NCBI GenBank assembly: GCA_965205505.1 | Contig: CBDBHB010000009.1 | Location: 1,376,001-1,440,000, forward strand | Direction of reading: 5' to 3' | DNA length: 64,000 nt | Origin: Acidobacteriota bacterium | GTDB taxonomy: Bacteria > Acidobacteriota > UBA890 > WLXD01 | Part shown: piece after piece, positions 32,153 to 42,028 of the stretch | Numbering within the stretch: position 1 is the first letter of the stretch | How the letters are laid out: each line of letters opens with the position of its first letter | Notes under the pieces: model-generated | Seen by the model: the letters and a program-made list of their open reading frames with translations, nothing else | What the model was told of the DNA's origin: nothing | Database searches by the model: none | Translations under genes and position numbers: made by a program

Positions 32153-32169
32153 CGTCGCTTTAAGCGACG
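32153..32169. promoter_or_regulatory. palindrome upstream of padR, candidate operator
   Basis: CGTCGCTT-T-AAGCGACG perfect inverted repeat ~20 nt upstream of the start. Confidence 0.45.
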
Positions 32170-32352
32170 ATAGGAGACCACGCCGTTTCTGTCAAGGGTG
32201 CCCATTGTGGGCCAAGGCATCAATACGGCCGTGTTCTATGTGGTTGCGCTTGGTGGTGTGCTCTGCTCGGGCATCTGACGGCGGGGCACCTCGCGTGTGA
32301 TCTAGACGTGCTTCCCGTTGTTACCTTGCGCCGTCGTGCATAGAGTCGGGCA

Positions 32353-32603
32353 ATGGAACCCGGCACCAAACTAGGTCCCTACGAGATCGCCGAGCAGCTC
32401 GGTGCTGGCGGCATGGGCGAGGTGTACCTGGCGCAGGACACGCGCCTGGCAAGGTGCTGCCCGCCGAGTTCGCCTCTGATCCCGAGCGCCTGGCCCGCTT
32501 CGAGCAGGAAGCCCGCGCTGCCGCTGCCCTGAACCACCCGCACATCGCCATCGTTCACGATATCGGCACCGAAGACGACACCCACTTCATGGTGCAGGAG
32601 TAC
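32353..32603 (+). pseudogene. Ser/Thr kinase N-terminal remnant with a candidate leaderless promoter (TTGTTA-N17-TAGAGT, 32318-32346)
   Basis: [64 protein letters not shown]...FMVQEY; nearly identical to 58343-58608. Confidence 0.88.
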
Positions 32604-32868
32604 GGATGACCTTGCCGAACTAGTAAGCGCAGTGAAGGATGATCCTCATCCAACGAAGGCCGACGCCTTCGGCCCCCGCGTGGCCGCCTGGATAGCGAGG
32701 ATGGTCCAGAAGGCAGCGACAGGAGCCTGGAAGGTGGGGACTTCGGCAGCGTCAAAACTGATAAGCGAAGCGCTGCTCCGCTACTACGATCTGCAGTAGT
32801 GAAGGCTGTCCAACCCGCGGCGGGCGTCGCCCCGGCCCACATCTATTGAATATTCCCGCGAGAGAAAG

Positions 32869-34080
32869 ATGAAGATACGGATTCGAACCAAGGCGGCCGG
32901 CGTTTTTCTGCTCTCGGGTTCCATGATGCTGTTGCCGGCTTGCACGCAAGTGTCCCCCGACGAACGTCGGGATTCCGGGACCCCGATTCCAGTCTCAGCG
33001 TCGCAGTCCGATGACGCCGAACTGGTATTTTCGAGTTTGGACATCGATCAGACGAATCGTGGCACCGTCAACATCAACGGCTACGACCGTCATTTCTCCG
33101 TCACGTTTCCCACCTCATATGACAATCAGGTAGCGTATCCGGTCGTTCTATTTTTTCATGGTTGTCGGTGTCGTCCGACAGTCGACGACGAAGCCGTTTT
33201 GAGCTATTTGGACTGGTCACCGAGGTTGGAACCGTATAAAGACGATTTCATCGTCGTCAGAATGTCTGCCTTTTCCGAGATGAAACCGGAGGTTCCCCGA
33301 GCGCCTGAGGATGGTGGAGCGCGCGGTATGTGGTTCTGGCATGAAGGCTTCGAGGCAAAACGGGACGATTTCGCGTTCCTTCATACGGTGCTCACAGCGT
33401 TACAGTCGTCCTCTGATATCAACATCGATCCGGAAAACATCTTTGGGGTCGGTCATTCATCCGGGGCGATCTTCTTGCTCTCGTACGTATTGGGTGGCCC
33501 AGTCGATCTGACCGATGCCGGCTTGAATGACACCTATGCGTTCAAAGCCATTTCCACGACGGGAGGCCCAGGGTTTCGACAGGGGATTGTCGATTTCAAG
33601 GAAAACACGCCCAGCACATTGCCCTCTGTCTTCCACATCCAGGGAGAGCGGGATGGAGGGGTATGGTTCAACGGGCAAGAGACGGGGAAACGAGGCATCA
33701 ATTTCTTAGAATTCGCCAATCCTTCCCCACCAACGGTCGTAGACGGATTCCGAGAGACGGTACATGGGCGTACGTACTCTGCCTGGGACGAGAACACCCC
33801 CTCGAATCCAAGCACCCTGCAACGATGGGCCGAGCATCTCGATCTCGAGTATTCGGGGTACGAGGATTATTCCCAATATTACCTCTATAATTTCCAGCCG
33901 GTATCGACTTCGGAGAACGTGCTCCTCGGGATGAGGATCAAGGATTGCCCGCATGTAGTAGCCGCGGATCAATATCAGGCTGATTTCTTCCGCGTCTTCT
34001 CACAGCAAGATGGTGACTTGCAAGCCTTCGACCGCAAGATCTCGCGAGACACCGCTATGAGGTTTTGTGGCCGTCCTTAA
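32869..34080 (+). CDS. alpha/beta-hydrolase lipoprotein (PHB-depolymerase/LpqC-like esterase)
   Basis: LLPAC lipobox, YPVVLFFHG, IDPENIFGVGHSSGA nucleophile elbow, HIQGERD; visibly more AT-rich than its flanks. Confidence 0.7.
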   Translation: MKIRIRTKAAGVFLLSGSMMLLPACTQVSPDERRDSGTPIPVSASQSDDAELVFSSLDIDQTNRGTVNINGYDRHFSVTFPTSYDNQVAYPVVLFFHGCRCRPTVDDEAVLSYLDWSPRLEPYKDDFIVVRMSAFSEMKPEVPRAPEDGGARGMWFWHEGFEAKRDDFAFLHTVLTALQSSSDINIDPENIFGVGHSSGAIFLLSYVLGGPVDLTDAGLNDTYAFKAISTTGGPGFRQGIVDFKENTPSTLPSVFHIQGERDGGVWFNGQETGKRGINFLEFANPSPPTVVDGFRETVHGRTYSAWDENTPSNPSTLQRWAEHLDLEYSGYEDYSQYYLYNFQPVSTSENVLLGMRIKDCPHVVAADQYQADFFRVFSQQDGDLQAFDRKISRDTAMRFCGRP

Positions 34081-34278
34081 ACAAACGGGACAGATCTGAC
34101 TTCCAACACGGGATCTGGGCAAGGCGCGGCAACAAGTTCGCCGACCTTTAACGCGCCGTTAGCCGGACTCGGCGGCCAACTCCTCGACCTCGCGCCAGAC
34201 TCGTAGCAGATCGCCGTGGACCCTCGACTGCCCCAGCGATAGGCTTCAGGCGCTCACCCACCCCTCTGTGGTAGCGCC

Positions 34279-34362
34279 ATGGAACCCGGCACGCGACTAG
34301 GCCCCTACGAGATCATCGAGCAGCTCGGCGCTGGCGGCATGGCCGAGGTATACCGAGCACGC
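34279..34362 (+). pseudogene. Ser/Thr kinase first 28 codons, fused in frame to the sulfatase signal peptide
   Basis: [28 protein letters not shown]|SHRPLRCAALLLAVLLAPSCAGRD... Confidence 0.8.
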
Positions 34363-34448
34363 AGCCACCGCCCTCTCCGGTGCGCAGCTTTGCTGCTCGC
34401 CGTCCTGCTGGCCCCGAGCTGTGCGGGCCGTGACTCCGCCCGTCGCCG

Positions 34449-36818
34449 TTGACCGCAGAGGTTCCCCTACACCTTGAGGAACACCTCGACGTGGCCACCG
34501 TCGTGGGCTCTGAGGTGCCCGCAGATGCTCCGGCCGTTATGGAATGGCCCTTCGACGAGCCCCAGGAGGATTGGAAGCCGGTAGTCCCATTCAACCCGAC
34601 GATCGATCCGGTCGAGGTCACGCAGTTCGACGACGCGCTGCGAGTCACGTATACGGACGGTACGAGGAATCCGAACGGCTTGCCGAACGGTGGCCTCGTT
34701 CTCGAGGCGCCCGATTGGAACTACGAGGATCTGGGGAACCTCGTGGTGCGTGCTCGCACCTCCGATGATGTCAGGAACTTCTGGCTCTTCTTCAATCGAC
34801 GCGAGGGGACCGATACAGATACAGACCTCCCCAATCCATTCGAGCATGAAGGCGAGACGGTCCCCGTTGTAAGCGACGGTACGGTCCAGACCTACCGGGC
34901 ACGGCTCGATTTCTTTCGGAGGGGTCCGCCACCGGAGGGACGGATTCGGCAGATCGCCCTGTGGTTCGCGCCCGACGATCTGGCCAGCATCGACATCCTT
35001 TCCATCACGCTGATTCCGAAGGTAGCCACCTATGCGGAGGCGGGCGCGGCCTCGCGCACGGAAATCCGCAACCGGATTCATCGACAGGCTCTGTATACGC
35101 ACACGCCGGGGCGCGTGGAGTATCGGGTGAAGATCCCGGAGGCCGGCCGGCTCGACTTCGCCATGGGTGTCCTGCGCGAAGACGTGCCCGTGACCTTTCG
35201 GGTTACGGCGATCCGTGATGGTGCCGAGGGTGGTGAACCGACCGCGGTGTTCGAGGAGCACTATGCGGACAAGGAGGCCTGGAGCCAACGTTCGGTGGAT
35301 CTGGCCGACTTTGCGGGCCAGACCGTGACGCTTGGCCTCGAGGCCGAATCCGAGGACGGTGGCCGGGTCGCTTTGTGGGGAGCGCCGACCGTAACGGGCG
35401 GCGACCAGTCGGTTCTTCGCAACGTCGTCTTCTACGTCTTCGACGGCGGTGCGGCGGACTACATGAGTGTTTACGGCTACAACCGTCGCACGACCCCGAC
35501 CCTGGAGCGGCTGGCCGAGGAGGGCGTCGTGTTCGAGCGAGCCTACAGCAATTCTTCCTGGACCGTGCCCTCGACGGCCTCCTTCATGACTTCCCTACAT
35601 ACCAGTGTGACGGGCGGCTCGCACCGTGCCGGCAACGTCAACCCTCTGCCTGCCGAGGCCGTGACGATGGCCGAGCACATGCACCGGGCCGGCTACCAGA
35701 CCGCGGTGTTCACGGGGAACCCCGGCGCCGGGACTTTGAGCGATCTCCAGCGGGGCGTCGATCTGTTTCGGGAAGACTGGGAGGACTTCTCCTACGGTGG
35801 GAATAATCACAAGGAGTCCTCGAAGTACCTCCATGAGGGATTCTGGAGCTGGCGGGAAGACTATCCCAGGCAGCCGTTCTGGGCGCACTTCCAGACTACT
35901 GACACGCACGAGGACTTTCCGGCTCCGCCACCCTTTGGCGGGCTCTTTGTCACTGCGGATGAGCGGGAGAGCATGAATGAGTCGTTTGATCGCCTAGGTC
36001 GTGGCGGGCACCGTCCCTATTCTCCCGCCTGGGATTCTACGGGGATCAGCCAGACGGCGCTCTACTCTGTGGGGAAGGGCCTGTACGACGAAGCGATGGC
36101 CCACAACGACTATCGGCTCGGGCAGCTCATCGACCGGCTGAAGGTTGAAGGGGAGTGGGACAATACGCTGTTGATCATCGGGGGCGATCACAGTATCCGG
36201 GCGGCTTACGCTGACATGGGACTCGTGCTCAGCGACCCGCTGCCTCCGCCATGGAGCCAGCCGATACTCCGGCCTAAGATCTCCAGGGTGCCCCTCATGT
36301 TCGTATGGCCGAGCCACATCGAGGGGGGACAGCGGATAGCCCCTCCCGTATCGATGATCGACGTGCTCCCCACCCTGCTCGACCTGGTGGGGCTGCCCCC
36401 TGCCGAGATCGCACAAGGGCAGTCGCTGGCTCCTCTGATGTTGGGTCGAGAGGGATGGGAGCCGCGACCGGTGATCCTCGACGAGTTCTACGCCGATTCC
36501 ACGACCGGCGAGCTGGAGGGCGTCATCGAGGTGGTGGACGGTCGCTGGGGCGCTTCGTTGGAGATCAACGACCCGGATGCGCGGCCGCGGTTCGGCCCCC
36601 GTCCCGTCCCACTGCTGCTCTACGACCTCTGGAACGATCCGATGGCTCTGTGGAGCCTGCACGAGGAACGGCCGGACCTCGTCCAAAAGTACACAGCCTT
36701 CTTGGAGGAGCAGTTCGAGGCCCACGTGGCCCTGTCGCAGTACTTCACGCCAGGCGAGGATTCGCCACTGACCCCGGAGCAGCTACGGTCTCTTCGGGCA
36801 CTTGGCTACATACGGTGA
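34449..36818 (+). CDS. sulfatase-like (alkaline phosphatase superfamily) protein; lipoprotein signal upstream in another frame
   Basis: YGYNRRTTPTLERLA, SSWTVPSTASFMTS, GDH, VSMIDVLPTLLDL, LYDLWNDP, LRSLRALGY. Confidence 0.85.
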   Translation: MTAEVPLHLEEHLDVATVVGSEVPADAPAVMEWPFDEPQEDWKPVVPFNPTIDPVEVTQFDDALRVTYTDGTRNPNGLPNGGLVLEAPDWNYEDLGNLVVRARTSDDVRNFWLFFNRREGTDTDTDLPNPFEHEGETVPVVSDGTVQTYRARLDFFRRGPPPEGRIRQIALWFAPDDLASIDILSITLIPKVATYAEAGAASRTEIRNRIHRQALYTHTPGRVEYRVKIPEAGRLDFAMGVLREDVPVTFRVTAIRDGAEGGEPTAVFEEHYADKEAWSQRSVDLADFAGQTVTLGLEAESEDGGRVALWGAPTVTGGDQSVLRNVVFYVFDGGAADYMSVYGYNRRTTPTLERLAEEGVVFERAYSNSSWTVPSTASFMTSLHTSVTGGSHRAGNVNPLPAEAVTMAEHMHRAGYQTAVFTGNPGAGTLSDLQRGVDLFREDWEDFSYGGNNHKESSKYLHEGFWSWREDYPRQPFWAHFQTTDTHEDFPAPPPFGGLFVTADERESMNESFDRLGRGGHRPYSPAWDSTGISQTALYSVGKGLYDEAMAHNDYRLGQLIDRLKVEGEWDNTLLIIGGDHSIRAAYADMGLVLSDPLPPPWSQPILRPKISRVPLMFVWPSHIEGGQRIAPPVSMIDVLPTLLDLVGLPPAEIAQGQSLAPLMLGREGWEPRPVILDEFYADSTTGELEGVIEVVDGRWGASLEINDPDARPRFGPRPVPLLLYDLWNDPMALWSLHEERPDLVQKYTAFLEEQFEAHVALSQYFTPGEDSPLTPEQLRSLRALGYIR

Positions 36819-36828
36819 GTTGAGGAGA

Positions 36829-36914
36829 ATGATCGGTACCTCCCGCGGTCCCTACGAGATCACCGAGCAGCTCGGCGCGGCAGCATGGGCGAGGTTTACC
36901 GAGCACGCGACACC
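36829..36914 (+). pseudogene. Ser/Thr kinase N-terminal remnant
   Basis: GAGGAG RBS; [27 protein letters not shown]. Confidence 0.8.
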
Positions 36915-37063
36915 GTCGGCGGATTCCTGTCCGACGTGCCGTGGCGCGCAGACCAGCTGGGCATTAGGCTCTGGACCGGTAGAGCTTGGACAGGAGAGAA
37001 ACCGGTCGGGACTCGAGAACCGACGTTTCGTGTAGCTACGGCGTCAGAGAGTCGGGAGGAGCT

Positions 37064-38989
37064 ATGTCCAGCAGCGATGATCGTGATCTCGGGATGCACC
37101 GGGAGATTACTCGTCGCGACTTCGTCTCCGGTGTCAGCGTTGCGCTGAGCGGCAGCCTCACGTTCCCATGGGCGCAGACGAACGCCTTGGCGAGCCCTGC
37201 GGGTCCGGGAGGAGTCTCACAGGCCCTCGCCGACACGTATCCACCCATCCGCACCGGTATGCGCGGCAGCCACGACGGCTCCTACGAGGTTGCCCATCAG
37301 CTTGTCGAAGGCGTGCGCTGGGACAACGCGGAGGAGACGGGTGAGCTCTACGATCTGGTCGTGGTTGGCGGTGGCCTCAGTGGCCTCGCGGCGGCGTGGT
37401 TCTACCAAGAGGCTGTTTCCGGCGCCCGCATCCTGATTCTCGACAACCACGACGACTTCGGCGGTCATGCCAAGCGCAACGAGTTCCGGCTCGACGGTCG
37501 GATGTTCCTGTCAAATGGCGGCACGGTCTTTATCTCCAACCTGAACGAGTACGGTGAAGGAGCCCAGCGCCTGATCCGCGGGATTGGCATCGACGTAAGC
37601 CGTTACTCCGAATTCGTCGATAGCGACCTGTACAGCTCGCTCGGCCTGCGCAGGTCGGTTTTCTTCGACCGCGAGACGTTCGGCACCGATCGGCTGCTGG
37701 TAGGCGAAGGCAGGCCCTCTTGGCGCGAGTTCCTGGCGCGCGCGCCCCTGTCCGAAACGGCACGTGATGACCTTGTAAGACTCCACGAGCCGAACATCGA
37801 TTACCTGGCGCACCTCAGCTTGGAGGAGAAGGTCGAGTTTCTTCGTAACACGAGCTACGAAGACTTTCTCTTGAAGGTGTCCCAGGTAGGTCGCGAGGCA
37901 ATCTCCTTCCTCGAGACCTCCGGCGGTTGGACCATCGGCCTCGATGGCGTCCCCGCCTGGCTCGGCGCCGGCCGCTGGCCTGGGACCACCGGGCTGGGGC
38001 TCGGCGACGACGATGATGATGCCGATGATACCGGCGAGGAGCGTGCTTTCTTCCAGTTTCCGGATGGCAACGCGTCGATCGCGCGTCTGATCGTCCGGTC
38101 GCTGATCCCAGAGGTCGCTCCCGGCAGCACGATGGAGGACATCGTCGACGCTCAGTTCGACTATGGCAAGCTCGATCGGGAGGGCTCGGCTGTCCGCGTG
38201 CGGCTGGAGAGCACAGCGGTGCGGGTAGCTCACCGTGGCGATCGGCGAACCGCCAAGGAGGTCGAGGTCACCTACGTCCGCGACGGCCACGCCCGGCGCG
38301 TGCGCGCCGGTCGTTGCGTGCTCGCCTGTTACAACGCCGTGATCCCTTTGATTTGCGAGGAACTGCCGGATATTCAAAAACAGGCGCTATCGAACGCACT
38401 CAAGTCGCCACTTGTCTACACCAACGTCCTGATCCGCAACTGGACCGCCTTCGCCAGGCTCGGTGTGAGCAGGGTGCGCTGCCCGGGGAGTTATTTCGAG
38501 AACGTGAATGTGCCGCCACCCATCAGCATCGGCAACTACCGACACGCTGGTACGCCCGAGGAGCCCATCGTCGTGCGCATGTGGCGCGTTCCCCTCGTAC
38601 CGGAGGCCCGCGGGCGGTCCGTGGCTGAGCAGTGGAAGGCAGCCCGCCATGGTCTGTTGGCGACGACGTTCGCGACCTTCGAGCGCAAGATCAGGGACCA
38701 GCTCGGCCGGATACTGTCGCCCGGAGGCTTCGACCCGGCGCGCGACATCGCGGCGATAACCGTGAATCGCTGGCCGCACGGCTATGCCAAAGGCCTCGAT
38801 CCGAAGACGGGTCAGATCGCGTGGAGGCCCGATGAGGTGCCGCCCGAGCGTGCCCCGTGGGTCACCGCCCGGCATCCTCGTGGCCGGATCGCCATCGCCA
38901 ACTCCGACACCGGCGCACGGGCCATGACCGAGATCGCCATCGATCAGGCTCACCGCGCCGTGAGTGAGCTCTTGTCGGCGAAGACCTAG
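37064..38989 (+). CDS. Tat-exported FAD oxidoreductase, spermidine dehydrogenase (SpdH)-like
   Basis: ITRRDFV Tat motif, YPPIRTGMRGSHDGS, GGGLSG, DNHDDFGGHAKRNEF, FPDGNAS, NRWPHGY, IANSD. Confidence 0.85.
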   Translation: MSSSDDRDLGMHREITRRDFVSGVSVALSGSLTFPWAQTNALASPAGPGGVSQALADTYPPIRTGMRGSHDGSYEVAHQLVEGVRWDNAEETGELYDLVVVGGGLSGLAAAWFYQEAVSGARILILDNHDDFGGHAKRNEFRLDGRMFLSNGGTVFISNLNEYGEGAQRLIRGIGIDVSRYSEFVDSDLYSSLGLRRSVFFDRETFGTDRLLVGEGRPSWREFLARAPLSETARDDLVRLHEPNIDYLAHLSLEEKVEFLRNTSYEDFLLKVSQVGREAISFLETSGGWTIGLDGVPAWLGAGRWPGTTGLGLGDDDDDADDTGEERAFFQFPDGNASIARLIVRSLIPEVAPGSTMEDIVDAQFDYGKLDREGSAVRVRLESTAVRVAHRGDRRTAKEVEVTYVRDGHARRVRAGRCVLACYNAVIPLICEELPDIQKQALSNALKSPLVYTNVLIRNWTAFARLGVSRVRCPGSYFENVNVPPPISIGNYRHAGTPEEPIVVRMWRVPLVPEARGRSVAEQWKAARHGLLATTFATFERKIRDQLGRILSPGGFDPARDIAAITVNRWPHGYAKGLDPKTGQIAWRPDEVPPERAPWVTARHPRGRIAIANSDTGARAMTEIAIDQAHRAVSELLSAKT

Positions 38990-39033
38990 CAGGCGAGTTC
39001 GGCGACTCGCGACGCACGAGGGGTTGAACATAG

Positions 39034-39183
39034 GCGTCTCCAAAACGTCTCCACGACCGGGGTTCACACCAGTAGACGCCAGTCGACTGGAGTCGACTAC
39101 TTGAGCCACCGTTAACGGTTACCTGCCAACGAGAAACGGCGAAAGCCGTGCGCCATCAACCACTTAGCAGAATCCGCTAGATC
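39034..39183 (+). repeat. 150-bp direct repeat, copy 1 (att-like)
   Basis: Matches 41176-41325 with 4 mismatches; contains GTCTCCA x2 and the palindromes CCAGTCGACTGG and ACCGTTAACGGT. Confidence 0.92.
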
Positions 39184-41080
39184 ACGGCCTCGTGGCGGAA
39201 CGCCAGGTGTCCTCGTTGAGCACCTCGTCGATGACGCTCTCCAGGTAGCTCCAGTACTCGTCGATGTAGCTGTGGCCTCTTGGTCCGGTCAGCAGCCACG
39301 GGTTCATCAGGGTATGGCGGAGAATGAAGATGTGATCGGCCTCGCGCTCGTCGTCCTCCGGCACGCGCACGAAGGAGACGGGATCGATGCCCAGCTCTTC
39401 GAGAATACGGTGGGCCTGCGCGCCCGGCAGGCTCTTCTTCTTGAGCGAGGTGTATGAGCCGATGAATGTCTTGACCTGCAGCGGTTGCTCGGTGTCCACG
39501 CGCATACGCCGGAACACCTGGCGCCCGAACCGATTCATGACGGCGAGGCATCGGTTGCCGCTGGGGTTCATGGCCAGGCACGCCAGATTGCTGTCGGGCT
39601 CGAAGGGCACCGGCAACACCTTGTGGGTGACGTATACCGATGCAGCGGCGGCGCCCGCCTTGGAGCCCTCGAGGATGTACTGTCCCAGATTGTGGAGCTG
39701 GTCGCGCCGCGATGCCTCGCCCTCGCTGCCGCCCGAGTCGAACACATAGGCGGGGGCTTCGCTGACGAAGTCGACAACCTCACGGTTGCGAGCGATGAAC
39801 GCACCCGCGGCGTAGGGAACGTAGCCCAGCTTGTGGGGATCGACGGTGATCGAGTCGGCTTGCGGGAGCACTTTGAAAGCCCGATAAATGCGCTCCGACG
39901 GGAAGTAGCGGAACGACTTCCGCAGCTCCTCGCGGTCAGCGAACGAGCCGTCGGGACGCCGGAACACGGAGGTGAGGTAGCCACCCCAGGCGGCATCGAC
40001 GTGAACGCCGAAATCCAGTCCCCGTTGCCGCCAGCTGTCGCGCGCGGCAATGACCTCGTGAATCGGATCGAAGGTGCCGAACTCCGTGCTGCCGAGGATG
40101 CCCACCACGGCCAGTACCGGCGTGTGGCTCTCGAACGCCTCGTCGAGACAGCGGCGAAGGTCGGGGGCATCCATGCGCATATGGCTCTCGACCTGGATCT
40201 TGCAGAGGTTCGAGGTTCCGAGCCCCAAGACCTTCATGGCCTTGTCCCATGAGTAGTGGCCCGACGCGGACACCATCACCTTCGGAGGACTGACGTCCGG
40301 ATGTTGCAGGAAGAAGCCGGCCGTCCCGAGTGCCTCGAGCCGTTGGCCGCGTACCGAGTGGACGAAGTCATGGAGGTCGCGCCGGTTCATGAGGGTGCGG
40401 GCCTGCCGACCAACCGTACGCCGCAACTCGATGGTGGAATCCACCGACAGATTGAGCAGCTCCCAGTCCGAGTAGGCGCTCAGGCTCTTGTGGGCCGGGC
40501 CCACTCCGTCTGGATCGAAGCCGCACACTGCCGCGCCAGCCTGCAGCGCGATGCCGTAGAACTTGACCGAGCGCAGGTTCCAGAGCGCCTCGTAGTTGGC
40601 CACGGTGCCGCCGCTCGTGAGGTGTCCCCAGGCACACGGCTCGCGGTTCTCATCGACGCGATACCCGATCATCCTCGCCAGCTGCTCGCCGACCTCCAGC
40701 TCCATGTCGAGCGTTACCGGAGCTGTTTCCTCCGCCACGTTGTTGGGGTTGTAGAGCGTCGTCACGATGCGTGCCACGAGGCCCGCGATCAGGAGGTCGG
40801 AGCTCATATGGCCGACGTAGCGGGGGTGGAAGGACGGCAACGCCTGCTTGAGCTCGGCGCTCAGCGCATACAGCTCTGTGCGGAGTCGAGCCTGGAACTC
40901 CACGTAGTCAGGCCGCGTTCGGGCAGACGAGGCGATGCGCTGACCATCCTCCGGATGGAAGTTCCGGCGCCAGTAGACGTGGTCGCGTAGGAACTCCACG
41001 ATCAGCTCTTCGAGCAGCTCGGCGTTCTCCGCCGCCGGCCCGAGAAAGAACGGGTCCAGGAAATCGAGATCTTCGTTCAT
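39182..41080 (-). CDS. PLP-dependent group II decarboxylase (tyrosine decarboxylase-like), probable internal deletion near 39610
   Basis: FLGPAAEN, HPRYVGHM, GHLTSGGTVANYEALW, HYSWDKA, HVDAAWGGY, DPHK (PLP lysine), LEGSKAGA. Confidence 0.87.
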   Translation of the reverse strand: MNEDLDFLDPFFLGPAAENAELLEELIVEFLRDHVYWRRNFHPEDGQRIASSARTRPDYVEFQARLRTELYALSAELKQALPSFHPRYVGHMSSDLLIAGLVARIVTTLYNPNNVAEETAPVTLDMELEVGEQLARMIGYRVDENREPCAWGHLTSGGTVANYEALWNLRSVKFYGIALQAGAAVCGFDPDGVGPAHKSLSAYSDWELLNLSVDSTIELRRTVGRQARTLMNRRDLHDFVHSVRGQRLEALGTAGFFLQHPDVSPPKVMVSASGHYSWDKAMKVLGLGTSNLCKIQVESHMRMDAPDLRRCLDEAFESHTPVLAVVGILGSTEFGTFDPIHEVIAARDSWRQRGLDFGVHVDAAWGGYLTSVFRRPDGSFADREELRKSFRYFPSERIYRAFKVLPQADSITVDPHKLGYVPYAAGAFIARNREVVDFVSEAPAYVFDSGGSEGEASRRDQLHNLGQYILEGSKAGAAAASVYVTHKVLPVPFEPDSNLACLAMNPSGNRCLAVMNRFGRQVFRRMRVDTEQPLQVKTFIGSYTSLKKKSLPGAQAHRILEELGIDPVSFVRVPEDDEREADHIFILRHTLMNPWLLTGPRGHSYIDEYWSYLESVIDEVLNEDTWRSATRP

Positions 41081-41175
41081 GCTCGCAGGGTTTCGCGGCG
41101 GCGGTCGGATGCCGACACGACGTGATCAGCGCCAGTCTATGCGGGCCTGGCAATGTGCGCGCCCTTGCCGTCGTC

Positions 41176-41325
41176 GCGTCTCCAAAACGTCTCCACGACT
41201 GGGGTTCACTCCAGTAGACGCCAGTCGACTGGAGTCGACTACTTGAGCCACCGTTAACGGTTACCTGCCAACGAGAAACGGCGAAAGCCGCGCGCCATCA
41301 ACCACTTAGCAGAATCCGCTGGATC
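41176..41325 (+). repeat. 150-bp direct repeat, copy 2 (att-like)
   Basis: See copy 1; immediately followed by a tRNA 3' fragment. Confidence 0.92.
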
Positions 41326-41349
41326 GGGTTCGAGTCCCTCCCTCGGTAC
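41326..41349 (+). tRNA. 3' fragment of a tRNA (Leu-like), probable att core
   Basis: GGGTTCGAGTCCCTCCCTCGGTAC: T-loop, acceptor strand CCTCGGT and discriminator A. Confidence 0.6.
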
Positions 41350-41614
41350 TTGAAAACAAAGGACTTACGCGGCGGCGCGGGTGCGAGTTGTTGTCTCATA
41401 CGGGCTGATTGTCCCTATTCTGTCCCTGTCGCGGGCCTCGGGCCTTCCACGGGGTGCGTGCATAGCGAAGCGCCCTCGCGATAGGTGGCCTCGGGATTCC
41501 CGTGGTATCGGGGCGTTCCGGCACGCGAAGCTGGGGACACGACGGCACCCTCCGTGGACCCCTGCGAGCCCCAGCGATAGGCTTCAGGCGCTCACTCCCC
41601 CCTCTGGTACCGCC

Positions 41615-42028
41615 ATGGAACCCGGCACTCGACTAGGCCAGTACGAAATCCTCGACCGCCTCGGTGCAGGTGGAATGGGCGAGGTCTACCGCGCACGCGA
41701 TACGACGCTGGATCGTGACGTCGCGATCAAGGTGCTGCCTGAGGACTTTGCTGACGACGCCAACCGGCTGGCTCGCTTCGAGCGCGAAGCCAAGCTGCTC
41801 GCCTCGTTGAACCACCCCAACATCGCCACGATCTTCGGCTTCGAGGAATCGGATGGCGTGCGCTTCATCGCTATGGAGCTGGTCGAGGGTGTGCAACCAT
41901 CCGGCGAAAGGACGCAGATCTCGACCGATTCCGGGGGTTGGCCACTGTGGTCCAGGGACGGGGCGGCGATCTACTACGTGCTAGTGCCAGCTACGAACTT
42001 CAAATCAGCAAAGAGAACCTCAGGATGA
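41615..42028 (+). pseudogene. collapsed kinase-propeller mini-ORF (kinase N-lobe joined in frame to the last propeller blade)
   Basis: [12 protein letters not shown]...FIAMELVEG|[29 protein letters not shown]; the stop overlaps the ectC start (ATGA). Confidence 0.85.
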
